A stretch of 64,000 nt of DNA. Source: Mobula hypostoma (lineage: Eukaryota). This document shows, one piece after another, positions 49,701-60,310 of the stretch. The stretch spans positions 76,818,001 to 76,882,000 of the forward strand of contig NC_086109.1 in NCBI RefSeq assembly GCF_963921235.1, in the 5' to 3' direction. The notes below the pieces were generated by a model. The model had not been told where the DNA came from. It did no database searches and saw nothing but the letters and a program-made list of their open reading frames with translations. A program made the position numbers and the translations under genes. Within the stretch, counting starts at the first letter, position 1. Every line of letters begins with the position of its first letter.

Positions 49701-52700
49701 TAGCCAGCTTTGAGACAGGCATTATTCATTACTGAAGAATGTTTTCAATTAATAGCCTGGTTCTGAGTTTTTAAACTAAGTGGAATTGCTGGCATATTGA
49801 GTCAAGCCAAGATGTCTCCTAAACCTGCACTTCTGAGTCTTATGAAATGCATTGCACTCAGTTTCAGCTCTTTAAACAATGTAATAGCATATTGTAAGCA
49901 TGAGTAATCTCCAAATTTATGCTAAACTAAGTACAGCTCTGCAGTTGCCATTTCAGGATATTTTCAGTGACCTGGTGCAGAATTTCTGCTGCATTTGGAA
50001 TTGCAATTGTACCTTGGTGTTCAGTTGAATTTCAAAATACTTGTATGCATCTAAAAGGTAATATGAAATAGGTGGAATGTTGGAATATAACTTACAAATA
50101 ATTTGTTACAGGGAAATTATGGAAGCCCAAGCAGAAACCTGTGGAGCAGCATGTGGAAGAGAAAGTAATTTTGGATCCAGAACTGGAAGAAGCTTTGACC
50201 AGTGCATCAGATACTGAGCTCTGTGATCTTGCAGGTAACATATCTAGAGTGAACTTCAGTACATTGCTAGGTTTTGTTTTTGTCCTTGGTCGGCAATGGA
50301 GGGGGAACTATGTAAGACAAAAATTCTGTTTTATCCACAATCTCGTTTGGTTCTAATTGTAAATTACCAATGGATGTAATTCCTATCCAACTTCTGAGAT
50401 ATTTTACAGTATTATGGAGTTTTCAGTGAGCCAGATGAGTTTAAAGCGTGCATTGGAAAACAAAATCTAGTGAGTTTGGAGGGAGTATGGATAACCACAT
50501 CTGGTAAACCAGTTGCCATGCCAATCATTCAGATGCAGGATTATCAGAGATGCAATGTATTTCATAAATTACATCATCCGTTTAGTGCTGAAGTTAATAT
50601 AATAATGCCTAAACTAACAATCAGGAGATTTGTGTTCAAATCCTGCCATGGCTGCTACAGAAATTAAATTGTTAAATTTGGCTAATCAATTAAAAAGCCC
50701 TTCATGAGTAATGTCCACAGAAGTACTAGAAATGTAAACATGAGGAAATCTGCAGATGCTGGAAATTCAAGCAACACACACAAAGTGCTGGTGGAACGCA
50801 GCAGGCCAGGCAGATCTATAGGAAGAAGTACAATCGACGTTTCGGGCCGAGACCCTTCGTCCTGATGCTGCCTGGCCTGCTGCGTTCCACCAGCATTTAG
50901 TGCTAGAAATGTGTTAAATTTATTCACTGTGGCCTATGGGGTTCATGGCCCATCACTATGGTTGACTCGTGCCTTCTGAAATGCCTGAAAAAGCCATTCA
51001 ATTCAATGGTAATTAGTATTCCATTAAATCTTGGATGTCTGTACTAATTACTGAGCAACATGGAGTGCACTATTACTGAATGCATTGTAGCACAAGTGGT
51101 CATCATGTAGCCTTTCCAATGAACTTCAGTGAAATGTTATATGTATTAACTGCTCAGCATCCAGTGCCACAGTACTTGAATGTTTATCCCTACCAGATTC
51201 TTACTAGCTATCCTACAGTTACAAGTATTTCTAGTGGGCAAGAGTTGGGGAGATGAATTCAGACAGAAACAAGACAAAATGACCCTAACTAGAGATGTGA
51301 ACGAAGCATCTATGCTTCTCTTAGAAATGAGTTATGTTCCAAGTGGTAGAGTAAATAGGATAAATCAATGACATGCGGTAACAGCTCAATCAAAAATCTA
51401 TAATGTGTAATATCGCAGAAGTAGAATAGGAATTACATCCATTGATAATTTAAAGTCTCAGAATGTAGTCTGTATTCAAACTGTTTAAACTGTTCATAAT
51501 TGTATCAAATTTTAGGATGTCAATGTATTATCTTTTTGATTTCTTTTCCCCCATGCACATTTTGGAAACTTGATTACTGAAACTACAATCATGTAATACT
51601 TCATTGTTGCATAGCAGTGACTTCACATTACTAATGACTTCCTAGCAAAGAGTGAATTCTAGAAACCTGTTACTTTAAAGTAATGATAGCCAATTACATT
51701 TGGGTGTTCTGTTTCAAATTGTATTTTGAAATCCATATTTTGTGCACCTTGGATATACAAAATTATGATGAATTAAATGAAGGTAAGCCATCTGTTCCAT
51801 ACTTTAGTATTATACTTGTTACTGACAATAATTAATTTGGTTTCAGTATGCTTTTTTTTAAGCTTCTATCGCTTATTTTAAAATTGACTTGAGGCAAATG
51901 TTCGAAAGGTTATCGAACCTGTCAAAAATTTTTTAATGCAGTGTTTCTCAATTCCAGCTATTCTCGGAATGCACAATTTGAGCAACACACATTACTGTGA
52001 TTCAGTTGGTGGAAACAAGGGTTTGAACAGTAAGTTGGAGAACATCAATAATATCTAAAATTGTTTCTCAATTGATTTGTCCCATATTTCTTGAAGAAAC
52101 CATGGACTTCATGTTGAAACAGCATGCTGATTTAATTATGTATTAAAGAAATTTGTTCTTTTATATAACAGACATTTCTGCAGTATTGGGACATAAAGCC
52201 TTTGGAACCTATTCTACCATTCAATCCAGCCATGGAAGATCTGAGCTTGGCCTTATTCTACTTTCCTACCTAGTTTCCTCATAACTGATGACTGTCATTA
52301 GACCAAACTCAGGTTTCAATATATATTAAGTGATACAGTCCTCAGAGGAAAATTACTAATTTCAGTCTTATTCTGAAGCTATGCCCTCTTGGTTCTACAT
52401 TTTCCCCCATGAGGGAAATTCACTCCGCATCTACCTTTGTCAACCCCAAAACTGAATTTCATTCTTCGAAACTTCCAATGTATAGGCATAGACAGTTCGG
52501 TTCTTCAGCTGCATGCTAAGAGTCTTTGATTTGCTTTGAATGATAGTATATATCTGCAATTAAAGATGGTAAATGTAGTCTTGCCAAAGACCTGATCACT
52601 TTAAAGTCTTCCATTGTACTCAGTCTTCCTTACAATGAAGACCCACATTGTATTTATCTTTTGAATAATTTGCTGTACCTCTGAAATGTCAGATCCAGAT

Positions 52701-55700
52701 TTTACCCAGATTTTGCAGTCTTCTAGTCTAAGCCATACTCTGCTTTTCTGTTCTTCCTGCCAGAGTGTATTTAACTCATTTGCCAGACTTTAATAATCTG
52801 TCTAAATTTGAAATTCCATGTCTTTTGTAGTTTGCTTTCCCATCTATCTTTTCGTTAGCAAATTCTGCTATATATTTGGTCACTCCATTCAAGTCATTAG
52901 TATATAGTTAATATAGATTGACATTTCTTAATTCACAGCAATTCTATCACTGCTAAGCTTTTAACTGTCAGTAATTCACTGACTTTGTGCAGCACTTGTT
53001 ATTACAGGATGACCTGTTTGGTCACTGTAACACCTGTACCAGGTGTTCTGCACATTGAAAATTTTCCTGTGTGCCACCTAGATTTTCATTAAGTTCTGAT
53101 TACTCTCCCAAATTGCTCTATTATTTTCGTATTTCACTTAACCTGAAGTTGAACCAAACTGGAGGTGTTTATTGTTGTGGACTTTGTTTAATGCTGTAGC
53201 AATTGAGCAGGCCAAGTGGCTTCCATGGAGAGTGAAACAGTTATCTGACTGACAATACACACACAATGCTGGAGGAACTCAGCAGGCCAGGCAGCATCTA
53301 TGGAAAAGAGTAAACAGTCAACATTTTGGGCCGAGACTCTTCCTCAGGACTTTTTTTTTCCATAGATGCTGCCTGGTCTGCTGAGTTCCTCCAATATTAC
53401 TCTGATTTCCAGCAACTACTGATTTTTTTTTTGTGTGATCTGACTGGCAATGACTTTTTGTTGGAATAATTTCCAGCATCTACAATTTTTGTTTACTTTT
53501 TATTATTGCACATGAGAATAGTCTGGTTTACTAGAATAACTTTTGTTTAGTAATTCACTTAAGATGTTTTCAACTTTGCACACAAAGTGAAAATAGTACT
53601 GACTTCATTGAAGTAAGCCATAAACCAGCTTCAGTTGCAATCTTGCATTGACTTGATACCTGCATATTGCTGTCTGAAGCAATACTTCATTCAGATTGCA
53701 ATGCTTAAAATGCATTGTGGAAGAGTAATTTTCCTTGCATAAAGCAATACCTTTGAACATTTTAAAGAGCTCAGGATAATCGGTGACAGATGCATTTGAC
53801 TTCCTTTGATTGGTTCCTTCCAGATGTTGTCAAAGGTGAGAAGGTCAAACCTGTTATGGACGAACCTCCCAACCCGACAAATGTAGAAGAAAGTTTACAG
53901 CGAATAAGAGCCAATGATCCTGGACTTGTGGAGGTTAATCTGAATAATATTAAGGTAGGAGGCAGTGGTGTTGAATATTGTATTTTTATTTGAAAAATAC
54001 ATTTGTATTTAAATCCTCTATTTACAATAACATTTATAAGCTATTCTAAGCTATAGGCTGGTAAAATACTTCCATTTAATTTAAATTGTCATCTGTACTT
54101 TTAGAAACCTAACAGAAGTACTCCTCTGCCATGTTTTGTATATTGTCTGCAGTCAAGGCTCTTGTTCTTTCTAGCTAAATGACAACCTTTTCAGCTTCAA
54201 GGGGTTAGCTCTGAGATTGTAGCAAATGGACTGGTATGGCATCAAATCAGTGCCTTGATTGAGGAGCTTTTCCAAGTGTTCCTTCCACGGATTGATGCAA
54301 ACCTTTTGCTTATTTAAGCTTACGTGACACTCATTGATTGTTAATGGATCTCAGTGCTTTGTACCTTTTGTAGTGTTGTTAAGACCAGATAAAGTATCCA
54401 TGCGCAAGTTATCTATGCACTTTTTGGACCTATGTTTTGTGATTAGAAATTTTTTAAAATTTCACTTTGTTTATTGCTGTATCTCATGGGCGTTCTCATT
54501 AACTAGTTTTAGACATAGTCATACTTTATTAATCCCCGGGGAAATTGGTTTTCGTTACAGTTGCTTCATAAGTAATAAATAGTAATAGAACCATAAATAG
54601 TTAAATAGTAATATGTAAATTATGCCAGTAAATTATGAAATAAGTCCAGGACCAGCCTATTGGCTCAGGATGTCTGACCCTCCAAGGGAGGAGTTGTAAA
54701 GTTTGATGACCACAGGCAGGAATGACTTCCTATGATGCTCAGTGCTGCATCTCGGTGGAATGAGTCTCTGGCTGAATGTACTCCTGTGCCCACCCAGTAC
54801 ATTATGTAGTGAATGGGAGACATTGACCAAGATGGCATGCAACTTGGACAGCATCCTCTTTTCAGACACCACCGTGAGAGAGTCCAGTTCCATCCCCTCA
54901 ACATCACTGGCCTTACGAATGAGTTTGTTGATTCTGTTGGTGTCTGCCACCCTCAGCCTGCTGCCCCAGCACACAACAGCAAACATGATAGCACTGGCCA
55001 CCATAGACTCGTAGAACATCTTCAGCATCGTCTGGCAGATGTTAAAGGATAGTGTTCATGGTAGGAAAAACCAGGGTCTCTTCAGAACCTTCAATTCTGC
55101 AATAAGCTCATGATCTAAAAGTGGCCCTTTTCTCCACCCACATGTCTTCGAACACAAATGCAACTACAATAGGTACACTGAGACACTTGAAAAACTGTCT
55201 TAACACTCCTTGCAAAATCCTCCAAATGCAATAATTTACCTACCATGTCAATGCTGCTGCCTTTTCCTAAACCAATATTCCAAACTTCAAGATTGGATGG
55301 CTTTCAAGAACATCATCTGTATGTTTGATCCCAGACTCTAGAACTGAGCCTTGCATCTAGCTCCAACATGAAAAGTCATTTCTAGAAGAACAAAGCATTT
55401 CAAATCAGATTTATCTCCTTAGTGGGAAGTAATATCGACGAAGGGTCTCGGCCCAAAACGTCGACTGTACCTCTTCCTAGAGATGCTGCCTGGCCTGCTG
55501 CATTCACCGGCAACTTTGTGTGGTGTTTGAATTTCCAGCATCTGCAGATTTCCTGGTGTCCTTGTTGACCTACCTGGTTCATGATTACTCAGTGTAGAAG
55601 GACACTTCTGTAGGATTTCCTGATGGTAGTATTCTAGACCCAACCATCTTCATGAATGTCATTAATGACCTTCATTTGCTAGATCAGAAATATCTTTGAC

Positions 55701-58700
55701 TACACAGTCATGAATGGTGCTGAATGTCTCAACTATTGAAACAGCTGCAGCAAGACCTGGATAATATCCAGGCCTGGGCTGATAGATTGCAGGTAATATA
55801 CATGCTGCACAAGTGCTAGATAGATTTAAGTCCGGATAGTTTTATTTGTCATGTAGATTGAAACACATACTGAACTGTGATGCTTGCATCAAGGGCAGCC
55901 CACAAGTGTCGCCATGGTTCTGATACCAACATAGCATGCCAACAACTTATTAACCCTAACTTGTATGCCTTTGGAATGTGGGAGGAGACTGGAGCATCCA
56001 AAGGAAACCCACAGAGTCACATGGAGAATACACATACTCCTTACAGACAGCAGTGGGAAATAAGCCTGGGTCGCTGGTGATGTAAAGTATTACGCTGACT
56101 GCTCTATTACTGTGCAGCCCCTTAGTCACTGACTACATTGAACAAGAGAAAATCTGTCACTTACTGACATTCCATGGCATTACCATCACTGAATCCCCCA
56201 CTCTCTGTCCAGGAGGTTAACATTGATTAGTTACTGAATTGGAGTAGTCATATACACAATGTGGCTCCAGGAATAGAGAATCAGTTGCCTCCTAACTCAC
56301 CCAAAGCCTCTCCACCATCTGCAAAGCTCAAGCCAGGAGTGTGGTGAAGTACTTTCCCACAATACCCCTCCCCCTTTGGTTGAGTACAGCTTCAAAACTC
56401 AAGAAGCTTGACACCATACGGGATGCAGCAGCCTGCTTGGGGCATACTTACATCCATCCACAATCATTCACTCCAGCACCAGCGAACGGGAGCAGCAATT
56501 TGTACCAGCTGCAGGATGCGTTGTAACAACTCACCAAGGCTCCTCAGATGTTGCATTCTAACCCCACAGCCTCTACCCGCCAAAGTTGAGAATGCCACTG
56601 ACAGGAAGATTCCTGGAACTCCCACCCCCCCCCCCCCACTACAGCATCATGGATATATTGAGACCCCAGAACCACAGCAGTTCAAAAAGTCAGCTCAGCA
56701 CCACCATCTTCATAAGGGATAGGCCATTAAATGCTGGCTCAGCCTGTCAAACCTACAAACCCATCCTTTCAATCAACATGGCGATATATTTTAAAACAAA
56801 AAGCACCGGAACACATTTGGCACCACAAACTGCTATCGGACTAAGGCAATGTTCAAAAGCAGAAGGAACTCTCAATGTTTTAAGTAGCTGTCCCAGCTAC
56901 CTGCCTGCACAAGAGGTACAATGTTCAGGTACTGAAATGATCAATGTCAGGTGCAGCTCATGATGCCTTGAAACTGCAGTACTACGTAAATTATTAAATT
57001 CATTCAGTGAACAAAAAAAAAAATTATTTTTACCTTCACTATCTAAGAGGAAAAGATGTTTCAAACGCCAGCTCTTTCAACATTTGTATTTGTGGTTTGG
57101 CCAGTCAAAGTTACTAGATTACTAGGTGAAAGGAAAGAGGGCTGGCAGTTCTTTTTCACCAACCAGAACATAACATCAGCTAAGTCGGAGGCTTGTAAAA
57201 GCTATGAGGAATTCCATATTCAGTATTTAACACAATCATCCCCTCAATTCATCACTAGACTTTGGCCTTGGTACCTCCTTGTGCAACTGGATCCTCAGTT
57301 TCCTTGCTGTCCCTCCCAGTCAGTACAATTGGTAACATCTCCACACTCACCATCAGCACGGGGCTGTGAGCTTAGCTTCCTGCTCTACTCTATACCTATA
57401 GTTAAATATCACTCCAATGTCATATTTAACTTTGCCGATAAGATTACCGTTGTTGGCTGAATCAAAGGTGATGGTGTATTGGCATTTAGGGAAGATGCTG
57501 AAAATGTGGTTGTGGGGCCACAGCACTCAGTGTCAGCAAAAGCAAAGCTGATTATTGACTACAGGAGGAAGCAACTGTAAGTTCATGAGCCAATGCTTGT
57601 GACGGGGATGGAGAGAGTCAGCAGCTTTAAATTCCTTGATATTTACATATCAGGGGATCTGTGCTGGAACCAGCACATCAATGTCATCATAAAGAAAGCA
57701 CAACAGAATCTCCACTTTCTTAGAAGTTTGTGTAGATTTGGCATGTCATCAAAAACTTTGACAAACGTATCTAGATGCACAGCGAAGAGCATCCTAATGG
57801 ATTGCATCATGGCCAAATAAATTGTTAGGGCTTTCGGCAGATTTTCAACATGGGCACAGCTGGTAAATATAGTTAAGGTATTTGAAACTGGGCCAGTTGG
57901 CCATCAATCTGACTTGTTGACAACAACCAGTGAGGTCAGAGAAACAATGTAAATCTCATCAATTATTTGAATTTGTCCTCTAGAATATTCCAATTCCAAC
58001 GTTAAAGGATTTTGCGGAAGCTTTGAAAAAAAATTCTCATCTGAAGAAGTTTAGCTTGGCAGCTACTCGGAGTAATGATCCCATTGCTTTTGTAAGTTTT
58101 ATTTTTGTGTAATTGCATATTCACAAGAAGTATTTATTATAATGGTGGATTAATGTGAAAATCTAGATGACAATATAAAATCTTGGCACTGTATTGTTGC
58201 CTACACTCAGCAATGCTGTATTATCAACTTTTTATTTCCCTGCTAACAGCCACAGCTGGTCAAAACTAAGGCAACTGTACTAATTTTAAAAAGGTTTTAG
58301 TTGAATATTTTACGCTAAAATATCAGCAGTTGATCTGTTTTCAACAATTTTTCTTAGACACTCCAGAGATAGTGGGTTCTTTTAAGAAAACTGCAGTGTA
58401 GTATTAGTATTCTCTTGGTCTGAATTATTGAGACTGAGTGTTGAATACAAACAGGAAACTGGGTGTTGGAATAAGAGCCCAGTGGAAGGATAGTACAAAT
58501 GAATTCATTTGAGTCGGACTTCAGAATGTTGCAATAAAAAGGGAACTGAAAATCATGGTCCCAAAAAAAACAACCAAGGATTGGCACACAGATGCAAAAA
58601 GGAATTAAGAAAACTATTTGGACTTTTTTTTTCTGTTGCAAGATGTGTGGATTACAAGAGTTGGTAACTTTTGATGCAACTTTGCAGGCTGCTGCTGGAC

Positions 58701-60310
58701 TGCATCTGAATTAATGCATACAGTTTGTAATTCATGATGAAGGAGCCAGTTCAGGGAAGGTTTATTGTAGTGATGGGCATTGAATTAAGAAAGAGCTTTA
58801 TCTGTATTGCAGGGAAAATGTCAGAAGCCATCAGAGATATTGTAGCAGAACACTTAAACATTCAAGTCAATCAAGCAAAGTCAATGTGATTTTTGTGAAA
58901 TGAGAAATGTGCTTGCCTGGAGTTTGACATTTTAAGCAAGTGGTGCCTGCTGTGTATAGATTGACCTGGTCAATATGGAAGTACTTGACTTTCTGGAAAA
59001 TATGGTGTCCAAGGTCATAATGCAGCATGAATATTCACAATATAGAAAGCACCATTTTAGCATAACTTGGATAAGTTTGGTTGGCTGATGGGAAACGGTC
59101 AGAATAGAGGGCCTTTTCTCACTGGTGAGACACAATAGGGGTGCCAAAGGAATCTGTTGGGGCTTCATTTTTCCAATGTATATAAATGCGTCGATTGTAT
59201 AGATGCTTAATTTGCTAATGATACAAATATGTATGAAGAATGTTATGAAGAGATACAGATTGAATTGGGCAAATGTTTGGCAAATGGAGTATTATTTGGG
59301 AAACTGAAATTTCTCATTTTACTTGGAAAATAAAGTATGTTATCCAAATAAGAGCATGCTAAACCTTGGGTTGATGCTTGATCCCTAAATCAAAGGGATC
59401 TGTATTTCCTATGCACTAGAATTGAAATCTTTATTTTTGAGACTTTGTTTTATGGCACTTAATCAAACTTTGTTTTGGAAAGGCCTTAGCAGATATGCTC
59501 CAAGTAAATACAACACTACGAAGTTTAAATATTGAGTCAAACTTCATTACTGGTGCTGGTATACAGGCAATCATAGATGCACTGAAAGAAAATGAAACCT
59601 TAATGGAGATCAAGATTGATAATCAGGTGAGCTGCTTCACATCTTTAGTACACTGAAGTAAAAACAGTGTTGCATGATTCCTCTTGGATCTTAACTGAAG
59701 TAGCCCAAAATATCTGTTTTAAAGCCAAAACAATAATACCCTTCGTTGGTTACATTTCGTACACATTTAACTTTATTTTGGTTTTAATTATGCTTTCTGC
59801 CAAAAAATAAACTTTGCATCACCATCTTCCTCAGTGAACCCTTTCAAGATTTTATTGTATGAGGAATTGCAAAGGTATGCAGTACATTGTCATAATTTTG
59901 TAGTTTTAAGATAGAAATTGAATGAGTTTGAATGTTTTATGTATCAAAAAATGTCCTATGGTTACAATATAGAAAAACTATTGCTAACTTGTGTATGAAT
60001 AATGTACAATACCTTGTTTGAAGTACTTTAAATGTATTTCCAAGTCTTCAGTTCCCTCTCTGTTAAATCTTCCTGTCAGATTACTTGAACCCTAAAATGA
60101 TCACATAACAGCAGTAGAGGAGTGGCATAGTGAACAACTTTTATCAGATGTCTTTCTACTCACAGCGCCAGCAACTAGGTGCAACGGTTGAAATGGAAAT
60201 AGCAGAAATGTTGGAAACAAACACCTCAATCTTGAAATTTGGGTATCAGTTTATGCAACAAGGACCACGGTCAAGAGCAGCAGCAGCCATAACTAAAAAC
60301 AATGATTTAG
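34644..60310 (+). CDS. TMOD3: Tropomodulin (TMOD3-like, with TMOD2-like residues); spliced CDS join(34644..34769,36805..36961,50112..50234,51958..52029,53824..53954,57984..58091,59483..59626,60166..60310), 3'-incomplete
   Basis: The joined exons translate without stops: [33 protein letters not shown]...[29 protein letters not shown]...[12 protein letters not shown]...[10 protein letters not shown]...RSNDP...LNIESNFIT...IDNQRQQLG...ITKNNDL. All introns are GT-AG. Exon sizes 126/157/123/72/131/108/144/145 match the tropomodulin layout as I recall it, except the shorter 72-nt exon. TMOD3 vs TMOD2 is not fully resolved. Confidence 0.93.
36805..36961 (+). CDS. TMOD3: Tropomodulin exon 3 (actin-binding site 1)
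   Basis: ctttag|CAT..., [53 protein letters not shown], donor AAG|GTACAG; 157 nt. Confidence 0.95.
38060..38638 (+). mobile_element. CR1 LINE 3' end
   Basis: [30 protein letters not shown]; 3' UTR ggagcagactcgatgggctgaatggcct...gtcttatgg. Confidence 0.85.
39790..42080 (-). mobile_element. CR1 LINE 5' half: ORF1 (zinc finger and SGNH esterase) and ORF2 endonuclease fragments
   Basis: AVVGNSVVR...VCLPGAK...VMVHIGTN...VVISGLLP (esterase); [25 protein letters not shown] (AP endonuclease). Confidence 0.88.
42097..43830 (-). mobile_element. RTE-clade LINE, RT/3' part
   Basis: [42 protein letters not shown]...[20 protein letters not shown]; (GAA)n tail. Confidence 0.85.
45011..45037 (+). CDS. Candidate alternative 27-nt microexon of the tropomodulin gene (adds GAAAATTS-G)
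   Basis: cctaatgccaaccacag|GAGCAGCAGCAGCGGCCACTACTTCAG|gtgaga; phase 1-1, in frame with the flanking exons, no stop; flanked by splicing-factor motif clusters; no transcript evidence available. Confidence 0.6.
46279..47585. mobile_element. Non-autonomous DNA transposon with 13-bp TIRs and a 6-bp TSD (AGAACC)
   Basis: agaacc|CGGACATCCCACC...GGTAGGATGTCTG|agaacc; TIR match 11/13. Confidence 0.8.
46433..47121 (+). mobile_element. hAT-Charlie/Buster element with a transposase C-terminal dimerisation-domain remnant, nested in the 46279-47585 element
   Basis: TIRs gagtggtccccaac / gttggggacccctg; [39 protein letters not shown]...[21 protein letters not shown]. Confidence 0.88.
48330..48508. mobile_element. 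Penelope-derived fold-back mini-element with a hammerhead in the loop
   Basis: ~48-bp inverted arms around gtcttgacgaagggtctcggcccgaagcgtcgact; 15-bp TSD ttggttttcttcagt (48315-48329 / 48509-48523). Confidence 0.88.
48414..48448 (+). ncRNA. Minimal type I hammerhead ribozyme, degenerate (C3>U, GAAA>GAAG)
   Basis: GUC UUGACGA AGGGUCUCGGCCC GAAG CG UC GACU. Confidence 0.6.
50112..50234 (+). CDS. TMOD3: Tropomodulin exon 4 (tropomyosin-binding site 2)
   Basis: ttgttacag|GG AAA TTA TGG..., [40 protein letters not shown], donor CAG|GTAACA; 123 nt. Confidence 0.95.
50736..50898. mobile_element. Penelope-derived fold-back mini-element
   Basis: Arms tgctggtggaacgcagcaggccaggcag / ctgcctggcctgctgcgttccaccagca; minus-strand hammerhead 50832-50861; 14-bp TSD agt[a/g]ctagaaatgt. 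Confidence 0.88.
51958..52029 (+). CDS. TMOD3: Tropomodulin exon 5 (linker)
   Basis: ttctcaattccag|CT ATT CTC GGA ATG CAC..., [24 protein letters not shown], donor ACA|GTAAGT; 72 nt. Confidence 0.9.
53257..53437. mobile_element. Penelope-derived fold-back mini-element
   Basis: Arms ggaggaactcagcaggccaggcagcatctatggaaaa / ttttccatagatgctgcctggtctgctgagttcctcc; minus-strand hammerhead 53316-53351; 14-bp TSD atctgactg[a/g]caat. Confidence 0.85.
53824..53954 (+). CDS. TMOD3: Tropomodulin exon 6 (start of LRR domain)
   Basis: ttccttccag|AT GTT..., [43 protein letters not shown], donor AAG|GTAGGA; 131 nt. Confidence 0.95.
54510..55048 (-). mobile_element. Rex1/Babar LINE 3' end
   Basis: [22 protein letters not shown]...[10 protein letters not shown]...[16 protein letters not shown]. 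Confidence 0.88.
55437..55559 (+). mobile_element. Penelope-like element 3' end, truncated inside the hammerhead
   Basis: Begins gacgaagggtctcggcccaaaacgtcgact and continues with the standard PLE end. Confidence 0.85.
55570..56730 (+). mobile_element. Old CR1/L2-type LINE RT fragment, split by a V-SINE
   Basis: Decayed [40 protein letters not shown]. Confidence 0.6.
55818..56121 (-). mobile_element. V-SINE
   Basis: Same head and V-domain as 1-125 and 14220-14520 (ctgtctgtaagga...gtgggtttcct...ctcctcccacattccaaa). Confidence 0.75.
57225..57815 (+). mobile_element. Rex1/Babar-type LINE RT fragment
   Basis: [39 protein letters not shown]. Confidence 0.8.
57984..58091 (+). CDS. TMOD3: Tropomodulin exon 7 (LRR)
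   Basis: gtcctctag|AAT ATT..., [36 protein letters not shown], donor TTT|GTAAGT; 108 nt. Confidence 0.95.
59483..59626 (+). CDS. TMOD3: Tropomodulin exon 8 (LRR)
   Basis: tgttttggaaag|GCC TTA... (weak AAG acceptor required for frame), [48 protein letters not shown], donor CAG|GTGAGC; 144 nt. Confidence 0.93.
60166..60310 (+). CDS. TMOD3: Tropomodulin exon 9 (LRR end and C-terminal helix)
   Basis: tttctactcacag|CGC CAG..., [48 protein letters not shown], donor TAG|GTAAGT; 145 nt. Confidence 0.95.

Noticed and set aside
48330-55559. CRISPR-like or microRNA interpretation of the recurring hairpins
   Set aside because: They are dispersed, TSD-flanked and match the end of a GIY-YIG-encoding PLE; there is no regular repeat-spacer array, and the loops are too large for typical pre-miRNAs.
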